NCBI GenBank assembly: GCA_013151495.1
Contig: JAADIE010000097.1
Span: 1-53,725 of the forward strand
Origin: Nitrospirota bacterium
Lineage (GTDB): Bacteria; Nitrospirota; Thermodesulfovibrionia; Thermodesulfovibrionales; JdFR-85
Direction: 5' to 3'
Length of the DNA stretch: 53,725 nt
Shown here: one piece after another, positions 48,758 to 53,725 of the stretch
Layout: every line of letters begins with the position of its first letter
Position numbering within the stretch: the first letter of the stretch is position 1
Notes under the pieces: generated by a model
The model's database searches: none
Seen by the model: only the letters and a program-made list of their open reading frames with translations
What the model was told of the DNA's origin: nothing
Program-made: the position numbers and the translations under genes

Positions 48758-49951
48758 ATGAAAAGGCTTATCGAGGAATCTCAGCAATATCTTATGAATA
48801 CCTATTCAAGGTTTCCTGTGGTCTTCCGTAAGGGTCGTGGTTGTGTTTTGTATGCAGAGGACGGCAAGGAGTATCTGGATTTTGTTGCAGGGATTGCCGT
48901 TAATGTACTTGGTCATTGTCACCCGCGGGTGGTGGTAGCTCTGCAGAAACAGGCCCAGCGTTTAATCCATGTTTCAAACCTCTATCATATAGAGCCGCAA
49001 ATCCGGCTTGCAAAACTACTTGTTCAGAATAGCTTTGCCGACAGAGTATTCTTCTGCAACTCCGGAGCCGAGGCAAACGAGGCAGCCATCAAGCTTGCAA
49101 GAAAGTACGCAAAGGAGCATCTCGGAGAAAACAGATACGAGATAATCACCGCATACAACTCCTTTCATGGCCGTACCCTTGCTGCCCTGACCGCTACAGC
49201 CCAGGAGAAATTCCATAAGGGTTTCGAACCACTGGTTCCAGGCTTCAAATATATACCTTACAACGATATAGAGGCCCTTGAAAAGGCCATTACTCCAAAG
49301 ACCTGTGCCGTGCTGCTTGAGCCTATTCAGGGTGAAGGAGGGGTCCGGATACCTGATAAGGACTATCTGAAAAATGTAAGGGAAATCTGTACATCCTCTG
49401 GTATACTCCTGATACTTGATGAGGTTCAGACCGGCATGGGAAGAACGGGTAAGCTCTTTGCTTACGAGCATTTTGGGATTGAGCCCGATATAATAACCCT
49501 TGCCAAGGGGCTTGGAGGTGGGGTCCCAATTGGTGCGGTGCTTGCCACAGAGAAGGTCTCGGCCTCCTTTACACCTGGCACCCATGCATCCACCTTTGGT
49601 GGCAACCCCCTTGTAACCCAGACAGCCCTTGCTACTATGGAAACCATTCTTGAGGACAACATACTGCTTAATGAATGCAGAAGACTGGGAAATTACTTTA
49701 TCAACAAACTCAATAAACTGAAGGAGGCATTTCCTGATATAGTCGTGGATGTAAGAGGAATGGGGCTTATGATAGGTGTTGAGCTTTCTCGCCCTTGCGC
49801 CCAGATCGTCAAGGCATGCTTTGAAAGAGGCATACTTATAAACTGTACTGCAGAAAATGTCCTCCGTTTCACACCACCCCTTATTGTTACAGAACAGGAG
49901 ATAGACAGGGTGGTTGAAACCCTTGAGGACATTCTTGGGAGGCTATCATGA
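48758..49951 (+). CDS. argD: acetylornithine aminotransferase (class III PLP aminotransferase)
   Basis: GHCHP, NSGAEANEAAIKLARK, and DEVQTGMGRTGK with a downstream LAKGLGGG PLP-lysine region. It is coupled to argF. Confidence 0.9.
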   Translation: MKRLIEESQQYLMNTYSRFPVVFRKGRGCVLYAEDGKEYLDFVAGIAVNVLGHCHPRVVVALQKQAQRLIHVSNLYHIEPQIRLAKLLVQNSFADRVFFCNSGAEANEAAIKLARKYAKEHLGENRYEIITAYNSFHGRTLAALTATAQEKFHKGFEPLVPGFKYIPYNDIEALEKAITPKTCAVLLEPIQGEGGVRIPDKDYLKNVREICTSSGILLILDEVQTGMGRTGKLFAYEHFGIEPDIITLAKGLGGGVPIGAVLATEKVSASFTPGTHASTFGGNPLVTQTALATMETILEDNILLNECRRLGNYFINKLNKLKEAFPDIVVDVRGMGLMIGVELSRPCAQIVKACFERGILINCTAENVLRFTPPLIVTEQEIDRVVETLEDILGRLS

Positions 49952-50850
49952 AAAGGGATTTCTTGAGATTATGGGATTTCACATCAGAGGAGATTATATC
50001 CTTAATAAAAAGGGCAATTGATCTGAAAAAAGGTGTAGATGCGTCAAGTTGTCCGCTCATCGGAAAGAGCATTGGTCTGCTTTTTGAGAAGCCATCAACT
50101 CGAACAAGGGTATCCTTTGAGGTTGGTATCTATCAGCTTGGAGCCCAGCCCCTTTATATGCGACCAGATGAGATTCAGCTTGGCAGAGGTGAAACCATAG
50201 CAGATACAGCCAGAGTTCTGTCAAGATATCTAAATGGTATAGTGATAAGGACCTTTGAGCATACCAGGCTTGAGGAATTTGCCTCAGCAGCGACCATCCC
50301 TGTGATAAATGGCCTGAGTGACTCTCATCACCCCTGTCAGGCACTGGCAGACATGATGACTATTTACGAAAAAAAGGGCCGTATTGAGGGCATTAGGGTC
50401 TCATATATTGGAGATGGAAACAATGTAGCCAACTCGCTTGTGGAGGCATGCGGCAGGCTTGGTTTTACACTGACTATTGCCACACCAGAGGGCTACGAGC
50501 CTGATGCCGATGTGCTGGATACCGCCCGTTCAGGTTCTGGAGAGATTATCCTCCTTCGGGACCCTAAAGAGGCAGCTGCCATGGCAGATGTTATATACAC
50601 GGATGTATGGGTGAGTATGGGTGAAGAACAGGAGGCTGAAAAGAAGAAAAAGAGGTTTGAGAAATATCAACTCAACTCCTCATTGCTTGCCTGTTCAAAG
50701 CCTGATGCCATTGTAATGCACTGTCTGCCAGCCCATCGTGGCGAGGAGATAACAGATGAAGTCCTTGATGGACCAAACAGCGTGGTCTTTGACCAGGCAG
50801 AAAACAGACTTCATGCTCAAAAGGCACTCCTTGAGATGCTTATTAAATAG
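49948..50850 (+). CDS. argF: ornithine carbamoyltransferase
   Basis: KPSTRTRVSFE carbamoyl-phosphate motif, SHHPCQALAD, DVWVSMG and HCLPAHRGEE. ATGA overlap with argD. Confidence 0.93.
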   Translation: MKRDFLRLWDFTSEEIISLIKRAIDLKKGVDASSCPLIGKSIGLLFEKPSTRTRVSFEVGIYQLGAQPLYMRPDEIQLGRGETIADTARVLSRYLNGIVIRTFEHTRLEEFASAATIPVINGLSDSHHPCQALADMMTIYEKKGRIEGIRVSYIGDGNNVANSLVEACGRLGFTLTIATPEGYEPDADVLDTARSGSGEIILLRDPKEAAAMADVIYTDVWVSMGEEQEAEKKKKRFEKYQLNSSLLACSKPDAIVMHCLPAHRGEEITDEVLDGPNSVVFDQAENRLHAQKALLEMLIK

Positions 50851-50858
50851 TTTCTTTT

Positions 50859-52508
50859 ATGCCAGAAAGCCTGAACATAATTCCCCTTGGCGGTGTAGAA
50901 GAGATAGGTCTTAACTCTACTGCTATCTGCTGCGGTGATGACCTGATTGTTATTGACGCGGGTCTTATGTTCCCTGAAGAGGATATGCCAGGGGTGGATT
51001 TTGTTATTCCTGATTTTTCCTTTATCCTTGAAAATAAAGACCGATTCAGGGCATTGATACTGACCCATGGACATGAGGACCACACAGGAGGGGTACCCTA
51101 TTTATTAAAAGAGATAGGTGGGAATATCCCTGTCTATGGCACACCTCTTACGCTTGGTCTTTTAAGGGACAAGCTAAGGGAACATGGCGTTACGGCAGAG
51201 CTTATCACCGTCAGACCAAGAGACAGAATAAAAATCGGGTGCTTTGAGATAGAATTTATCCGCGTAACCCATAGTATAGTTGATGGTGTTGGGCTTGCAA
51301 TCAAGACCCCCTTTGGTTATGTTGTGCATACAGGCGATTTCAAGCTCGACCCAACCCCAGTAGATGGTGAACTGCTTGATTTCAACCGATTCTCCTACTA
51401 TGGGGATACAGGAACACTTTTACTACTTTCAGACAGCACCAATGCCGAAAAGGGCGGCTTTACCTACTCGGAAAAGGAAGTTAGAAGGGCCCTGGAATCT
51501 ATATTCTCTTCAGCAACAGGCAGAATAATAATCGCCACCTTTGCATCTAACATTCACAGGATTCAACAGATTGTGGATGTGAGTCTCAAGTATGGAAGAA
51601 AGGTATCCCTCTGTGGTAAGAGCATAGTCTCAAATGCTCAGATAGCCCTTGAACTTGGTTATCTTAAGATGCCACAGGGTACATGGCTTACCCTGCCGCA
51701 GATAATGAACCTGCCAGACAATCAGATAGTAATCATAACAACAGGTAGCCAGGGAGAGCCCATGAGTGTATTGTCGAGAATAGCCACCGATGAACACAAG
51801 GACATTAAGATAAAACCAAACGACACAGTTGTGCTTTCAGCCAAGATGATACCGGGCAATGAAAGGGCCATAGGTAAAATCATAAACCATCTTTTTAAAA
51901 GGGGCGCAAATGTTATCTATGAAAAGGTCTCTGAGGTGCATGTTTCTGGACATGCCTCAAAGGAAGAACTAAAGCTCATGCTAAACCTCGTTCGGCCGAA
52001 ATACTTTATGCCAATTCATGGCGAATACAGACACCTTGCCTATCATGCAATGCTTGCACGAAAACTGAATATCCGAGAGGAAAACATCTTTATTATGCAA
52101 AATGGAGAAGTCCTGACAATAGATGAAAAGGGGGCCAGAAAAAGCGGCCGTGTTCATGCAGGAAGGGTTTTTATAGATGGTAAGGGTGATATTGAGGATG
52201 TGGTACTCAGAGACCGTCGGCGTCTGGCTCATGATGGTATTGTACTTGTTATTCTGGGGATGGAAAAGCCGGGCAAGATAGTTTCAGGCCCGGACATAAT
52301 CTCAAAAGGCTTTGTACTTGAAGACAGGGCCACCGACATCATCAACGAAGCTAAGACCTTTTTGCTTGAAAGTATAACCGGTCTTGATGCGGAAATACTG
52401 GAGGATTCATCATTACTTAAGGCCCGGATACGCAATTTATTAAAGAAATTTATTTATAAAAAGATGAACAGAAGACCCATGATTGTGCCGATAATATTTG
52501 AAATTTAG
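50859..52508 (+). CDS. rnj: ribonuclease J
   Basis: Metallo-beta-lactamase/beta-CASP protein: LGGVEEIG, THGHEDHTGG, SGHASKEEL, HGEYRH. 549 aa. Confidence 0.9.
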   Translation: MPESLNIIPLGGVEEIGLNSTAICCGDDLIVIDAGLMFPEEDMPGVDFVIPDFSFILENKDRFRALILTHGHEDHTGGVPYLLKEIGGNIPVYGTPLTLGLLRDKLREHGVTAELITVRPRDRIKIGCFEIEFIRVTHSIVDGVGLAIKTPFGYVVHTGDFKLDPTPVDGELLDFNRFSYYGDTGTLLLLSDSTNAEKGGFTYSEKEVRRALESIFSSATGRIIIATFASNIHRIQQIVDVSLKYGRKVSLCGKSIVSNAQIALELGYLKMPQGTWLTLPQIMNLPDNQIVIITTGSQGEPMSVLSRIATDEHKDIKIKPNDTVVLSAKMIPGNERAIGKIINHLFKRGANVIYEKVSEVHVSGHASKEELKLMLNLVRPKYFMPIHGEYRHLAYHAMLARKLNIREENIFIMQNGEVLTIDEKGARKSGRVHAGRVFIDGKGDIEDVVLRDRRRLAHDGIVLVILGMEKPGKIVSGPDIISKGFVLEDRATDIINEAKTFLLESITGLDAEILEDSSLLKARIRNLLKKFIYKKMNRRPMIVPIIFEI

Positions 52509-52529
52509 GAGCTTTTGTTTTAAAATTAA

Positions 52530-53564
52530 TTGCTAATCATGATTGGTAGAAACAAAAAAAATATATTCCTGCTTTTTATTTTATCATTATCGATAATTAC
52601 ATCACTAATATCCTGTGTTGAACTAAAAAAATCACGCCCTATTAAACCTATCAAGGAGTATGAACGACTGATTACTGGCAGGTTAGATGCCGACTATGTA
52701 GGCACAAAGGCCTGTCTTGCTGCCTGCCATGAGCATGATGAAATCAGGAAGGCCTTTGATGCAAGCACAATGGGTGCACAGCTTAAAAGAGACTCTGGCA
52801 TGCCCCTGGTCGACTGTGAATCATGTCATGGGCCTGGCAGTCTGGCCATTAAAGGAATAACCAAGGAGCTGGTAGAAGCAAATCTTAAAAAGGGTATAAA
52901 AACCAAATGTAATTACAAGACATTAATAGATATTAAAAGCTTACCTGCTCCTGCAAAAAGCCTAATATGTCTTAAATGTCATACGGCAAATGCAACCTTT
53001 AATCTTCACGAATGGAATGGTGGAATACATGCCATTAACGATGTTACATGTATCGACTGTCATAATATTCATAAGGGACCAGACCTGAAGGTAAAACCAC
53101 GAGAAATCGCAAATATGTGTTTTAAATGTCATGAAGATATTAAGGCCTACTATTTCATGCCAAGTCGTCATCCTGTTTTCCAGGAAAAGGTGTTTTGTAC
53201 AGACTGTCATGATCCTCATGGAACAACCACAGAACATCTATTGAGAAAACCCACTGTAAGACAAACCTGCACACAGTGTCATGGAGATAAAGAGGGCCCC
53301 TTTTTATATGAACACGGTGATCTTACAGAAGAATGCACCACCTGTCATCTTCCCCATGGCTCGCCTAACAATAACCTGCTGAAGTTGAGGGAGCCATTTC
53401 TTTGTTTTCAATGTCACGAAGGGCATGTTATCAATACCCTGGACGGTAGTACTATAAGTCTTGAGGAGAAACGATATCTTTTCTCAAAATGTACAGACTG
53501 TCATAGCATGATACACGGTACGGATATACCTTCTCCATCAGGTAAAGGGAGGTTTATCCAATGA
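52530..53564 (+). CDS. decaheme c-type cytochrome, DmsE/MtrA/PioA-like, with lipoprotein-type signal peptide
   Basis: Ten CxxCH motifs: CLAACH, CESCH, CLKCH, CIDCH, CFKCH, CTDCH, CTQCH, CTTCH, CFQCH, CTDCH. Family-typical GPFLYEH and a C-terminal CHSMIHGT are present. The signal peptide ends in an LISC lipobox. The track start is TTG 52530, and ATG 52539 is an equally plausible start. Confidence 0.85.
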   Translation: MLIMIGRNKKNIFLLFILSLSIITSLISCVELKKSRPIKPIKEYERLITGRLDADYVGTKACLAACHEHDEIRKAFDASTMGAQLKRDSGMPLVDCESCHGPGSLAIKGITKELVEANLKKGIKTKCNYKTLIDIKSLPAPAKSLICLKCHTANATFNLHEWNGGIHAINDVTCIDCHNIHKGPDLKVKPREIANMCFKCHEDIKAYYFMPSRHPVFQEKVFCTDCHDPHGTTTEHLLRKPTVRQTCTQCHGDKEGPFLYEHGDLTEECTTCHLPHGSPNNNLLKLREPFLCFQCHEGHVINTLDGSTISLEEKRYLFSKCTDCHSMIHGTDIPSPSGKGRFIQ

Positions 53565-53725
53565 TTCGTTACCTGTTCTCTACTATCTCATTTCTCCTCG
53601 TATGTGCCTTTTCTGTCGACACTATTGCAGTAGAATTAAAGTTACCAACCTATAAATCCCATTATACTTACAATCTTGGAGTTCAAACCTTCCATCTTTC
53701 AGGCAATCAAAAGGTTATTGTTAGG
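53561..53725 (+). CDS. secreted protein, first 55 codons only (candidate MtrB/PioB-type outer-membrane partner of the decaheme cytochrome)
   Basis: Not in the ORF track. My translation is MIRYLFSTISFLLVCAFSVDTIAVELKLPTYKSHYTYNLGVQTFHLSGNQKVIVR, open to the window end. The ATG overlaps the cytochrome TGA (ATGA at 53561..53564). It has a signal-peptide-like N-terminus. Function is inferred from position only. Confidence 0.4.
   Translation, partial: MIRYLFSTISFLLVCAFSVDTIAVELKLPTYKSHYTYNLGVQTFHLSGNQKVIVR

Noticed and set aside
1-53725. Search by eye for CRISPR arrays, IS elements, inverted-repeat-flanked cassettes, prophage or toxin-antitoxin pairs, rRNA, and other structured RNAs (SRP RNA, 6S, tmRNA, RNase P) in the gaps.
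   Set aside because: No spaced direct-repeat arrays and no transposase, integrase or phage-like ORFs were seen. The largest non-coding gaps are under 180 nt and lack the conserved cores of those RNAs. A computational repeat and covariance-model scan would be needed to exclude small elements.

Overview
Dense, almost gap-free bacterial chromosomal window of about 52 genes plus one tRNA. I saw no rRNA, CRISPR array, transposase or integrase. Layout: (i) 1..1976 (-) glgA (truncated at the window edge) coupled to a GalT-like gene. (ii) 2154..7218 (+) pepA, a Zn-hydrolase-like gene, moeA, an unannotated 54-codon ORF, hisA and a TPR protein. (iii) 7222..24709 (-) a complete 16-gene dcw cluster (mraZ-rsmH-ftsL-ftsI-murE-murF-mraY-murD-ftsW-murG-murC-murB-ddl-ftsQ-ftsA-ftsZ) with a recognisable promoter and MraZ-box operator. 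(iv) 24897..36713 (-) a co-directional array: YbhGFSR-like HlyD/ABC exporter, trmJ-like gene, cstA, a 95-aa protein, a cysteine-free ArsA-family ATPase, a DUF59 protein, a membrane protein, endonuclease Q and an anchored unknown. (v) tRNA-Thr(CGU), then mtaD-dcd-pyrF-trpE/pabB (+). (vi) 41040..47701 (-) a radical SAM gene, then secA, a GAF-GGDEF cyclase and an extended MglA-like GTPase. (vii) 47801..53725 (+) a DHS-like gene, argD, argF, rnj, a lipobox-bearing decaheme c-type cytochrome (DmsE/MtrA-like) and the first 55 codons of a secreted protein that may be its porin partner. Items most worth follow-up: ddl is broken by a 4-nt tandem duplication; the decaheme/porin-like module at the right edge; the MglA-like GTPase with a ~110-aa tail in a secA-GGDEF operon and no MglB; and the uncharacterised cstA-linked ATPase module next to a bacterial EndoQ. 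All calls come from reading motifs in the supplied translations and from my own translation of unlisted frames. No database search was possible.
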